From positions 77,934,001 through 77,998,000 of the forward strand of contig NC_135898.1 of the NCBI RefSeq assembly GCF_964194155.1: a stretch of DNA of 64,000 nt, given 5' to 3'. The notes under the pieces were generated by a model. That model saw nothing but the letters and a program-made list of their open reading frames with translations. It made no database searches and had not been told where the DNA came from. Made by a program: the position numbers and the translations under genes. Every line of letters starts with the position of its first letter. The first letter of the stretch is position 1. This DNA is from Cetorhinus maximus (lineage: Eukaryota). Positions 1 through 11,752 of the stretch are shown piece after piece.

Positions 1-345
1 TTAGAAGAATGAGAGGGCATCTGATTGAAACGTATAAAATTCTAACAGGGCTAGGCAGGCTAGATGCAGGGAGGATGTTTCTCCTGTTTGAGGAGTCTAG
101 AACCAGGGGCCAGTGTCTCAGGATATGGGGCCAGCCATTTAGGACTGAGATGGGGAAAAATTTCTTCCACTCAGAGGGTGGCCAACCTGTAGAATTCTCT
201 ACCACAGAGGCCAGGTCACTGAGTATATTCAAGAAAGAAATTGCTAAATTTTTCAATATTAGAGGTATCAAGGGGTATGGAGAGAAAGTGGGAATATGGC
301 ATTGATGAATGGCCTACTCCTGATCCTAGTTTTTATGTATCTATA
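1..345 (+). mobile_element. CR1-clade LINE 3' end fragment
   Basis: ORF 9..305 RGHLIETYKIL...SRTRG...FRTEM is the C-terminus of CR1 ORF2, followed by the tail gaatggcctactcctg. Confidence 0.85.
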
Positions 346-1427
346 ACCAATAAAGCCTTGCCTCTATTACAAACATTGTGGTTAACTCTCAACCCACTAA
401 TTCCAGGTGGGTCTAGTTGGTTCAAAGATGACACATCCCTGGGTCAGACTGTCTTTACTCCAAGCAGTAATCTGGTGGAGCAGATCACTGATCCTGCAGA
501 GAATCCAATTTTCATTCCAGTGATTCAATGGAAGCTAGTTTTATGTGAGTTTAGAAGACTTCTTTCAAATTATAAATCTAAATATATAAATTAAATGCAC
601 ACAAGACCAAAAGAAATGAAGTACAAGTTTGTACAAACCAGGCACTAAAAAAAACAGAAGTGATATTTGGCTTAAGATCAGAACAAAATTCAGTCAGATT
701 GAACAGTTTATCAGCAGAAAGTGAATCAATCATCTTGTTAAGCTCAAGCTCTGCAACTCAATTCAGAAAACCTTCAAAAGCAACTAGATAGGTGATACAG
801 CACTTAAAATGCAGCATTGCGGTCATTAGAAACACATTGGAAACAGAGCACAGGATAACAAAAGTTCATTGCAAAACTGTAGGGGTTCAGGATTATTTAT
901 TTAAAAAAAAAAAGAAAAAAAAAAATTTAAGACAGTGCTTGAAAAGTAAAAAAGTGATCGAACTGTACACGCAGAAACCCTTCTTTCAGCGTCACGATCC
1001 TAATCCTAGTAATTTCCCCTCGACACTTAGTGGTCACTGTTCAGTATGAGGATTTCTAAACTTGGCGGTGGTGCTCTCTGTATTAAAATTGGGCGATTTG
1101 AATTTCAAAATGCAGGCGCCCAGTTCATTCTGCTGAAATGGTTCCCTGCAGGGATGGAGAGAAGTTGCAAGAAAGTTCATATACATCGATACGCTCCCCA
1201 CACCTCTAATTTTAATTCCTCGCCCTCTTTCTCCCATTCCATTCCTCCAGGACAACACTTAGAAGTAAGATGTAAGCAACACTGAGGGGTGAGGGGAATG
1301 TTTTTATTGTACTAGGCTTGTAAGCATATTTAAACCAGTTTTATTGAACTTAAGTTTTTGAAAGGAAAAACATAATAGTTAAAGTAATGAGTGGGAATAC
1401 ACAAAAGAAAGCACAAAACTATGTTAC

Positions 1428-1526
1428 CTTAAGTGTATCATAACCCTTCTGAAGATAGTTGCCACATCGCTCATGCTCTCCTATAGATGCATAAAACTTG
1501 CTCCACCAATCGATCGATTCCTCCTC
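1428..1526 (-). CDS. MYOF: MYOF exon ~40, [33 protein letters not shown]
   Basis: 99 nt, phase 0 to 0; ferlin DWWSKF motif. Confidence 0.95.
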
Positions 1527-1819
1527 CTACATGTATAAATAAATCATTAAACTCCTTTACAAAATAATCTGCATTCAAAAAGATGGGCAATAGCTACAGG
1601 ACACTAAACCGAAATGTTAACAGCTGCTACCTGGCTGGAACCTTCCCTGATCCATTAATATTGGAAATTTGCCTGTGTGCAAGTTGGGAGCCAAGTACCT
1701 CTTGTAGCAGCTATTAATATTTCCCTTAGTATTGGTTACAAAAATGAAATAAGTTAGTGTCTTTTCAATTGCAACTTGCATTTAACAAGCAAAAACACAA
1801 AAATCAAAATTAGACTTAC

Positions 1820-1828
1820 CTTTACAGC
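1820..1828 (-). CDS. MYOF: MYOF microexon ~39, AVK (9 nt)
   Basis: gaacag|GCT GTA AAG|gtaagt. Upstream cactaat branch-like site, long pyrimidine tract and about 70 nt free of AG; positional equivalent of human LTEK. Confidence 0.8.
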
Positions 1829-3734
1829 CTGTTCACAGGATCAATATTTATTCACATTGGGAATGATGGAAAGAAAGAGGAAGAAAACAAACCAAATTAG
1901 TGAAAGTTGTTCACCAACTCAAATGGTTAACATAGTTCTAAGTAGGAAAGAATAATCAGAACAATTTTATTTCAGGAGAGAGGGCTTCATTATGGATAAA
2001 TCCACCATTCCCAAGAGAAAAGATTCCGAAACCATGAGTTTATTACATACCTCTTCAGGAAATCACACCAAGATTAATTTAGGTTAATTTACACCTGTTT
2101 AAATGCATGCTGAATCTTGTGTCACAATTCAATGCAAAAAATCACAACTAAAATTTCTGGCTTTGGTTAGTGATGTGAAAAAACCCCTCAAAAGTTGGAT
2201 TCAACTTGTAGGGAGCAATAAAACAGACTTTGTAGGCCTTTGCATTGATGAAGGTATGTAATGAACAAGTATTGGTTAGTAACACCAGTATTCAACTCCA
2301 AAATAGAAATTCTCTTGCAATACAAACTAATGTACCGATCATGCAGGGGCTCCATAAAGCTTTTTAATGACGGGAAATGGAACAGAAATTATCAACCACT
2401 TGAAGTTTTTGAATTTGTGACTGAACCCTCAAATTTCCTCCATGGGATTTAGAGACACTATCCCTTTTTATCAGCCTACACAGTCTTCTGAATTTTTTAA
2501 ACCCACACAGCATTATTAACATAAGACGACACAGTTTTCAAACTGCTGTTTCAAAGTACAGTACCACTGTACAGCACATTGTACATACCTGGGATGATCG
2601 AAAGGCAGCCAGTCCTGCAGAATCAGAGGGCACCATCTTTGGTTTTTTATAATAAGAAAAGATAAGGATTTTAATAATGCTGCACAGTTTAAAGATGGCC
2701 TTTGTTTGACCTTGTTGCCATCGGTTTAACCTGTAGTCTGTGTAGGCGAGCATAGGAGATATTGTGTCTTTTTAAAGCAAGATTTTATGATCAACTGTAT
2801 GTAAATGAGATTTAGGAGTAGATAATTGGCATCCGTACAACAATAGGAGGAATTGTTTTTAAAGAAAGAAATCTTTTATCATCACAATCAAACAGCAATG
2901 TCTCTCAGTAGCTAGTTTTCTGTAGGATTCTTAACATTAATTGAGGAGGCTCCATACCAGAGGTTTTGTTTTGCAAATCACTCCAGTAATAAAAAAAAGC
3001 TCATCTATGCCAAAACAGAATTTTAGGTGTAGGTCTAACACAAGAAGTGTGGTTACAACTGCCTTCAGAGATTTATGGTGCTTAAAATGTTAATCCATAC
3101 TGTGAAGAACTTGTTACAATAAATCTCTCAGCTTTAGATCGAATATTCTCCTGGCAAACCCTACAAAAGTAAAGCAGATTTGAAGTAAAACCAACAAGCT
3201 CAGAAGAACATTCTTATTAGAAGAGGGGCCAGCAACAGAAAGGATTGAAAACAAGGAAGGCTCCGACAGTGCGAGCAACTCCAGCAAACATCAGACCTCG
3301 ATTCCAAGCTATAAAGACTTTCTTCGGACTCACCATGTTTAGTGTATTCTGGGAATAAATCACCCAAATTTGGACTTTAAGGCTTTAGCTGATGATTCAG
3401 CTGTGCATGATCTATTTAACAGGAAACGCTAAGCTTGATCTCATTCACCCTCTCTCTCCCACCCCCATCTCGGAGATCTTGTACCTTACCCAAAGTCCAG
3501 GCAGTGCACTGCAGCAACTTAGTTAGATCAGGAGTATGATTACTACCACAAATGAGATCAGCAAACTCACCAAGAACTCAGGATCAAATTGGCACATTCT
3601 GTTATGCACATCAATATTGCTGCATATAGTTCATTTAAGCACTAGCTATTTGGTGTGCCTTAACTCTGGTCCATCATGTTGAATATTTACACTATAAAAC
3701 AAGTGAAATGGGATTACTAAATATATGGATAACT

Positions 3735-5320
3735 GCAGCCATTGGTTTTCAGTGCCCGCTCCAAATTCCATTCCATAACTACTGACTCCATTCTTCTCTC
3801 TGGCAACTGTCTGAAATTAAACCACTCCATTTACAACCGTGGTGTTACTTTTGACCCAGAGATGAGCTTCAGACCCAATATTCATGCCATCACTAAGACA
3901 GCCCATTTGCACCACCACTACCTTCAGCTGCTGCTGAAACCCTCAGTTATGCCTCTAGACTTAACTATTCCAATGCACTCCTGGCTGGTCTCCCACATAC
4001 TAGCCTCTGTAAACTTGAAATCATGCAAAAAATTCTGCTGCCCATGTCTTAATTCACTGCAAGCCCTATTCTCCCCATCAACCCTCTGCTCACTGATCTA
4101 CACCGCCCAGTCAAGCAACATCTTTATTTTAAAATTCTCATTCTTGTTTTCAAATTCCTTCATGACCTCACCCCTCCATAAATCTAATCTCCTCCAGCCC
4201 CACAACGTTCCAGAGATATCTGCGCTCCTCTAATTCTGGCCTCTTGCGCATTTTTAATTTTAATTGTTCCACCACTGGTGGCTTTGCCTTCAGTTGACTA
4301 GGCCCCAAGCTCTGGAAAGCCTACACCTCTCTGCCTTGCTGCACTCCTTTAAGGCACTTCTCTTTGACCAAACCTTCGGTCATCCGACCCAATCTCTCTG
4401 TCAGGAAAATATGTCTATATTGTACAATAAATTCCAATAACATTAGAGTCTGTGTCTGCATGGGATTTAATAGAATTAGAGGCAACTGCCTGGGTGCTTT
4501 GATGTAAGAGGAGAGGTTGGGTCTGAAATGTTAATTAGGTAAACATGGGGAAGTTTTAAAATGTGAAGTGTAAAGTGGGCAATTTGCATTTTTAAACAAA
4601 GTGTGGCTTGAATTCAAAAGTGCAGGGGTAATGTATACCTAGCCAGCAGAAGTAGTAAGAAATTGTGTATTTATTTATTTTTCCCCAAAGATTACTGGTA
4701 AAACTGAATGCTATGAGATATTCTTATCAGGAAGGTAAAGTCCAAAGACAGTGAAACAATGGATATTTGCATCCAAAGAAGAAAATATGTACAAAGGAGC
4801 AAAGACTGCCTACCCTTAAACACAGCCTAAAATTCAACAAGTGTGAAATGCCTTCAGCCTGCATATACCAAACAGGGACTGAAGTTAAGAGAACTCACTT
4901 GACAGTTCAGGATATCGTTTACTTAACCTGGGTCTTTTAAAAACGTGCGTCTTACTGTTGTCTTAATGAAAGTGTAACTGGGAGTCAGATTAAAGAGGAT
5001 TTAGAAGTGATCATAGTAGTAATTTGTAGATCTGTGTATGCTTCAAATAAATGTTTAGTCTAGTTTTGTAAAAGCCTTTAAGACTTGGTGGTCTTATTAC
5101 TACTGAATTCAAGGCACTCATCTTGAAATTTATACAAATTGCAAAACAGGTTGTGGCAGTTGTTTCAAGTTTCCCTTTGGGATTTGAACAACTCAGCATT
5201 TACCATCAGCTGTGCCATAACAATCTCCGATATGGCTTGGGTGTCATACTTTATTTTGTAATGCCCCTATGAAGTGCCTTGCGCGTTTCATTATGTTAAA
5301 GGTGCCATGATATAATTTCT
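3735..5320 (+). mobile_element. Degenerate L2/CR1-group LINE 3' fragment, interrupted by an LTR at 4399-5222
   Basis: RGVTFDPEMSFRPNI RT-tail remnant. The 3' tail resumes at 5223 and resembles the copy at about 31865-32100. Confidence 0.7.
4399..5222. mobile_element. Solo LTR (824 bp)
   Basis: Ends TGTCA...TAACA; flanked by ctctc/atctc (5-bp TSD with 1 mismatch); cleanly splits the host LINE tail. Confidence 0.7.
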
Positions 5321-6650
5321 TGTGGTATTGGACAGTAATTTTTTTTGATGGGTGTAAAAGGTGAAAAAGGCCACTTTATGTATGACTGCAGCTTGTGAGT
5401 AACCAGTGATATGAAGTTCAGGAAATGGAGATCAGCATCACTATTGAAAGAGAAAAATAAAAGTCTTCTCTCCTTTATCTCTTCATCGGCAATGCAGTTC
5501 AAGGTATCTTGGGAGAAAAGTAGAACTGATGGAATATTAAAAAGTTGCTCTGAGAGCTTAGAAGTCAAGTCCCCAACCTTTGAGTCATGCAGGCCTGGAA
5601 TTGACGTGCATAGAGTTAATCTCTCAGTCAAGGCAGCAATAAGAGAACAAGTGGCCATAGCATCTTCAGGTTAGGAAAAAGTAAACAGAAGAAGCAGGTC
5701 TGCCACTTTCCTGCTTTCTGTGCTCAAATATGTTGAGCTACCCCTGGACAAGGCCAGAATCAGGCTTAGCCATGATATCTTCCACAGACCAGGCTGCTGA
5801 CAACCAAAATCAAACTTCCTACACTAAATCACCAATTGGTGTAGATTAAAATGTTCAGCTCATCCCTTCCCCTCCCTCTCCTGCCCAGCCCATCTGGACC
5901 CATAGCTCAAGATGCCAGTGCCTTCAGAAGTGGGGAGCAGAAAAATGTTTGCAGAGTTAATAAATATAAAAAATTTAATATAGCAAAACAAGAAAGAATG
6001 GAAAAGCGCAAAGAAGAAACAGAATCAGATTATAAACCCAATTTAAAAACAAAACGATTGAGAACTTAAAAGCTATTTCTGACATCCGAAGAGCTTTATT
6101 GATTTAACAGTCAAGAGTGACGGAGGGTCAGTTTTCAGGTAACGTGACCAGAGATTAAAATGGCTGGCCTGTGGAGAAGACGACTCCCAGGCTGTTAGAG
6201 CACAAACAATTTTTAAAAAATACGACGTGTTTTTCTTTTAAATACTGTTTTAAGTTTTTAATCTTTAGCATACGGAGGTTAACTTTCTTTGGCAGGGCGA
6301 AAGAGCAAACATCTACCTGCCAATTTAATTGTAAACCAAAATACATTCATAGATATAATGTACTTGACGTATCAGATTGCTATACATGGCATACTTTTAT
6401 GAATCAGGATGCAATGAATGCTGGAGTCAATTGCAACAAGGTGAGTTTATAATTCATTCTAATTTAGGAAATCAAGTATTTCTAGTGGAAATTTAGTTAC
6501 TGACAGACAGCCAATTCCAAGACAAATGAATGCAGCAGATGCTAAATCACTCCCACAATTTAATTTAACATACAGTGATAGAAAACAATCCAGTAGAGCC
6601 ATCTAAACCCTGAGTATTGCCATCTCTTTGTATTCACTTTCCATACATAC

Positions 6651-6707
6651 ATGCAGTGCTGATGGAGTAGCCATTTTGATGACTGCCTTGGTCATACTAT
6701 CTACAAA
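6651..6707 (-). CDS. MYOF: MYOF cassette exon 38a, FVDSMTKAVIKMATPSALH, 57 nt
   Basis: ttctaactttcag|TTT...CAT|gtatgt; phase 0-0, 19 codons. Aligns without gaps to human exon 38a as recalled (CLSSMSTALSKMASPATVH). Confidence 0.85.
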
Positions 6708-7278
6708 CTGAAAGTTAGAATGAATTGTGAATGTTCCATCTTGTGTAGGTTAGAAAAATGATGCTTTTACCCACACCACTCACTCAACCAATATCACAAC
6801 ATTTTTAAATTGTTCTCATCAGCCATAAATCTTACAGATTGCAGAGATTACATAATGGGCCTAGCAACATATCAAACATTGCACCTGTAAAATAATAGAA
6901 ACACGTTATGCAATTTATAACTAGAAAAACAAATAGAATTCAGGCCACTGCATCAAATGGAGATCCAACTTGGGTTTGTATTAAAAATGTCAAGAACCGG
7001 TATTCTAAATTCTTACTCCAATTTGTCAACTATCAGTGCAACATGATTTACCTTCAGCTTGCCATAGTGTATGGATTAAACTGTACTTGTGTGAATTTAA
7101 ACAAATCATGTTCTGTAGCTTGCCTTTATTTCAATCAATACATCATCTGCTCAATTCACAAATAGATTTTAATCCTGAGCAAGCTGTGTCTTTGGTTTGT
7201 GGGGATAAAGTATGTGATCTCAGGAAGTTCTGAGCTTTGAAAGATTTTTCAGGTCATCAACAAAATGAAGTTCATTAC

Positions 7279-7352
7279 CTGTGATTCAAGGAGAGGCTTT
7301 TGATTATCTTCTATATCGATGACACAATCACGAGCATTTGAAAGTAGAGATG
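7279..7352 (-). CDS. MYOF: MYOF exon ~38, (A)SLLSNARDCVIDIEDNQKPLLESQ
   Basis: 74 nt, phase 1 to 0; matches human ASLLSAPPCRDIVIEMEDTKPLLASK. Confidence 0.92.
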
Positions 7353-7559
7353 CTGTGTGGAATTAAATAAACAAGTATGAGGTAATGCCATGGCAATCTA
7401 TTCAGACAATGAATATATTACATTTAAAAAAAATTACATTACACATTTAAAAAAAATGCAACTTCTGATGGCTCACAAAATGACTGCACTTCAAAAGTGA
7501 CTCATAAGTCCTAAAACACTTTGGAACAGAGAGTTTGTGAAAGATGCTACATATAAAAG

Positions 7560-8095
7560 CATTCGATATGACCATGGCTGGTCCTCTATTTCAACGCCAT
7601 ACTCCCAATCTCTCCCCATACCCCGTGACGCCTTTGGTGTCTAGAAATCTTTTCCTCAAATATATTCAGTGACTTGGCCTCCACAATCTTCTGCGGTAGA
7701 GAATTCCACATGTTCACCCTCAGTGAAGACGTTTCTCATCTCGGTCCTAAATGGCCTACCTCATATCCTGAGACTGTGACCCCTTGTTCAAGGCCCCCTG
7801 CCACGGGAGACATCATCCCTGCATCCAGTCTGTCCAGCCCTGTTAGAATTTTATATGTTTCAATCAGATCCCCTCATTCTTCTAAACTTCAGTGAATACA
7901 GGCCTAGTTGGTCCAAACTCTACTCATACGACAATCCCGCCATCCCAGGAATCAGTCTGGTGAACCTTCAATGCACCCACTCTATGGGTATCCTTTCTTG
8001 GGTAAGATGCATACAATACTCCAGGTGTAGTCTCACCAAGGCTCTGTACAGCTGCAGTAAGACATCCTTGCTCCCCTGTACTCAAATCCTCAAAT
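7560..8095 (-). mobile_element. CR1-clade LINE 3' fragment
   Basis: Reverse-complement similarity to 1-345 and 27950-28560. Confidence 0.85.
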
Positions 8096-8166
8096 GCATC
8101 CAAATTTGTTCTATATACTGAAGCTGCATGAGGTTGTAATTTCTATACAAAAATAATGTAAAATAC

Positions 8167-8332
8167 CTTTTGATTGCATTCCAACAGTCTCTCTTTCAGC
8201 ATATGGGTCAATCCGATATCCTTGCAGAGAATGAATTGTGCACTGTCCAACTATTGGTTTACGTCCAAATGGTCTGTGGTCAATTACCTTTATGACAATA
8301 GGAGGGGTGTACATTTCTTCCTTTGGAAGCAG
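8167..8332 (-). CDS. MYOF: MYOF exon ~37, [31 protein letters not shown]...GMQSK(A)
   Basis: 166 nt, phase 0 to 1. Confidence 0.95.
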
Positions 8333-9423
8333 CTGGAATCAAGATCAGAAATGATAGGTTTTTTGCAGGTCCATCCACTTACATAAATCTTCAGTGATAA
8401 CAATACTTGCTACAGCCGAATTCATTCCAGTACCTCAGCCTTCAGTAATATCTTAGTTGCATGACAATTGTTCAGATCTGTGACCAATTTTATCTTTAGA
8501 CATCATTCTGTACTCGCATCTTTACCGATGGACTAGTTTCCAAATCTGACCTTCAACCCACGCACCGGTATAACAGCTGATAGTCAAATAGACTGACTTA
8601 TTTAACCCTCTTATTATTCTGTATAGTAAACAACTCAGATTTTAAACACTTTTTTCAAACCTTTTCAAACAATTAGAATTTCTAATTAACTATGACTAGT
8701 GTGCTAATCAAGTGAAGACCAGTCAGACAACATGGCTTTAGTTTAAGCCATGGACACGAGTGTGAAATTCTTTGATAATTTTAGTGAAAGTCATTTTGAA
8801 CCATCTTGTTAAAATGGTCAAAAGTAGCAACCTTACCTCAATGGTTATGAGCTGCCTTCTAAGAAGATTACTGAGCAGGATACTGGACATGTGGCTATTG
8901 AGACAGACACTAACTTGTTACTAGGCATTGTAAATCTTGCCAGAGTATAAATGATAAATAACTCGAAGAGGGTCAAGAAACGCCATCCATAGCAACAGTT
9001 TTGTTGAATGCTGAAATATTGTTAGCATAAATGATGATTTTAAGTTGCATGAGTTGCACATTAGATGTAATTTTATTGATAGCATATTGAGAAGAAAATG
9101 GCAATGAAAACCACAAGCTTAAAGCATTATTGAGTTAGCCTTTCCAGTTTATGCTCAGAACTGTGCCTGTGGAGAGGTCTAAAATCATTTAGAGAGCCTT
9201 GTGCTAGCTCTCGAATGATATAGGAGAAGTGGTGCAATTTTACATAGACGACAATGCAGTAAATTATCAATTAAATATTTGATAAATCTTGTTGTGTAAC
9301 CAGAATTTAATTAGATACACTGTTCCTTTGCATTACAAACTGTAAAATAAAAATGGTTTAATACCACCACTTCAATGATGTGAAGGGATTTACCGCATGT
9401 TGATTCGGTATTCAAATACATAC

Positions 9424-9585
9424 CACTTTCATAAACAGAACTGAAGAGGGGAAGTTTGGACATCTCTTAAGACTCTTGATCACTGCCGATTCCAAATACT
9501 CGCCACCACATTCCACAATGAGACTCGGGGAAGCAACAGCAGCCAGTTGGTAGGTCTTCATGTTCCGTAACCCCCATGTTAAGAT
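9424..9585 (-). CDS. MYOF: MYOF exon ~36, ILTWGLRNMKTYQLAAVASPSLIVECGG...PNFPSSVLFMKV
   Basis: 162 nt, phase 0 to 0. Confidence 0.95.
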
Positions 9586-9720
9586 CTGTAATGATACTTC
9601 AGTTAAATAACCTGTACGACACTTTGATTAATGAACTCATTAATTTCCTTTAGTTTGAAGCAAATGGCATAAGTGGTTGTTGTTTCAACCATTAGTTTAT
9701 AAAATATAAAGTAACACAAC

Positions 9721-10457
9721 GGCCCAGATTTTACAAACCCAATAATAGCGAGGCTGTTAACACTCAGTGCTATTATTGGGTAAAACTGACAGCAACTTCC
9801 AGTGTCCACACATTCATAGTTAGACACGGAAATTGAGAAGTCACCGTCAGTAACACATGATCCACCACAGGCTGTGCTGTTGCAATCTTTACCATTGGTA
9901 TGGGGCAGGTTGCTGGGGGGGGGGGGGGGGGGTGGTCACTATCATGGTGTGAACTAGGGCTAACTTTCCACTATTCTCACTTTAATCGAGGACCAACCTT
10001 TGCAACTGCTCTCAAATCAGGAGGATCTGAGCTTTGAATGCAAGTGCAAGCGATAATTAGTGAACAGCCGCTCTGACCCAGAGGAAAATAATTTGACAAG
10101 TATGGAGTCTCATTCCTCAAAAGAAAATCAAAAGTTGCAGCAGTTGTTTTCCTGTTTGGCTCTTATTTCTCTCAATCCCAATTGTACTTCCTGTGCAATG
10201 ACCTAAATGTCACTTATACTTTAGAACTTCCTTCTTTACAGTCTGCAAGTGTCAGCAACAGTTCTTTAGCTTGATTCGTTAAGCAGCTTGCCCAACTTAC
10301 AGACACCACAGATCCCCTCTAGAATGCAGGGAATTCAAACAGGTGACGGTGAAAGGGAAAGCCTTTGCTGACAAACCTACCAAAAGTCTTTGGGCAACTG
10401 TAAATGATGTAGAGCAGCTTTTGCCATTTTTTCACCATTGACCGCAAAACCTAGGCC
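9721..10457. mobile_element. Non-autonomous TIR element (MITE-like)
   Basis: Imperfect terminal inverted repeats ggcccagattttac ... gcaaaacctaggcc; no coding capacity. Confidence 0.5.
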
Positions 10458-10621
10458 ATAGACAATTACGAACAGAAAACATTTTCTTCATCAAACTCTG
10501 AAATGTGTTCAGACATTTTTGAACACATCTAGAAATCCAAACATCTCCTAATGAGCAGCAAAACAAATAAGTTTTCACATAAGTAAACTGCTCCAGTATT
10601 ACGAAGTTAGTTCAAGGTAAC

Positions 10622-11512
10622 ATTCCATCATAAGGTCAGAAGTGGGGATGTTCGCTGATGATTGCGCAATGTTCAGCACCATTCATCACTCCTGAGATAC
10701 TGAAGCAATCTCTGACCAAGTGCAGCAAGACCTGGAAAATATCCAGGCTTGGACTGATAATTGGCAAGTAACAGTCACACCGCACAAGTGCCAGGCAATG
10801 ACCATCTCCAACAAGAGAGAATCTAACTATCATCCCTTGAGATTCAATGGCATATCATCACTGAATCCCCCACTAACAACATCCTGGGAGTTACCATTGA
10901 CTGGAAATTGAACTGAACTTGCCAAATAAATACTGTGGCTACAAAAGCAGTCAGAGACTGGGAATCCTGTGGTGAGTAACTCACTTCCTGACTCCCCAAA
11001 GCCTGTCCACCATCTACAAGGCACAAGTCGGAGTGTGAAGGAATACTCCCCACTTGTCTGGATGAGTGCAGCTCCCACAACCCTCAAGGAGGTACAACAC
11101 CATCCAGGACAAAGCAGCCCACTTGATTGGCACCACAAACATTCACTCCCTCCACCACCAATGCACAGTGGCAGCAGTATGTACCATCTACAAGATGCAC
11201 TGCAGGAATTCACCAAGGCTCCTTCAACAGCACCTTCCAAACCCACGACCATGACCATCTAGAAGGACAAGGGCAGCAGGCATATGGGAACACCACACCC
11301 TGGAAGTTCCCCTCCAAGTCACTCACGATCCTGGCTTGGAAGTATATCGCCGTTCCTTTGCTGTCACTGGGTCAAAATCCCTAACAGCATTACAGGTGTA
11401 CCTACACCACAGGGACTGCAGCAGTTCATCACCATTTTCAAGGGCAATTAGCAATGGGCAATAAATGCTGGCCTAGTGAGTGACGCCCACATCCCATAAA
11501 TTAATTAAAAAA
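10622..11512 (+). mobile_element. HER1-like LINE, 5'-truncated copy
   Basis: RT remnant SEVGMFADD / QQDLENIQAW..WQV; tail ggcaataaatgctggcctag...cccacatccc; collinear with the copy at 42897-45092. Confidence 0.88.
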
Positions 11513-11650
11513 TTCTCTAATATAAGAGGTCCTGGTGTAGAATTCCAAATATAAAAAAGGTTAAATGTGCACCAGCAGCACATTAGTAAAATTAGCCATG
11601 GTTTATTCACCAATGCTGAATAAAAATAATCTAGGAGAAATGAGACTCAC

Positions 11651-11752
11651 CTCAATTGCAGTAAGCTGCACGACTGGTCTGATGCCATGTGGCACCATGT
11701 ACAGTACAGCTGACCGGACTGGAGGAAGAATTGGTAAATTAGATCCATCAGG
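11651..11752 (-). CDS. MYOF: MYOF exon ~35, PDGSNLPILPPVRSAVLYMVPHGIRPVVQLTAIE
   Basis: 102 nt, phase 0 to 0, donor gtgagt. Confidence 0.95.

Noticed and set aside
1-1427. Next MYOF exon (IYNCELE...GEFK equivalent)
   Set aside because: Not found on the minus strand; presumably beyond the window start.
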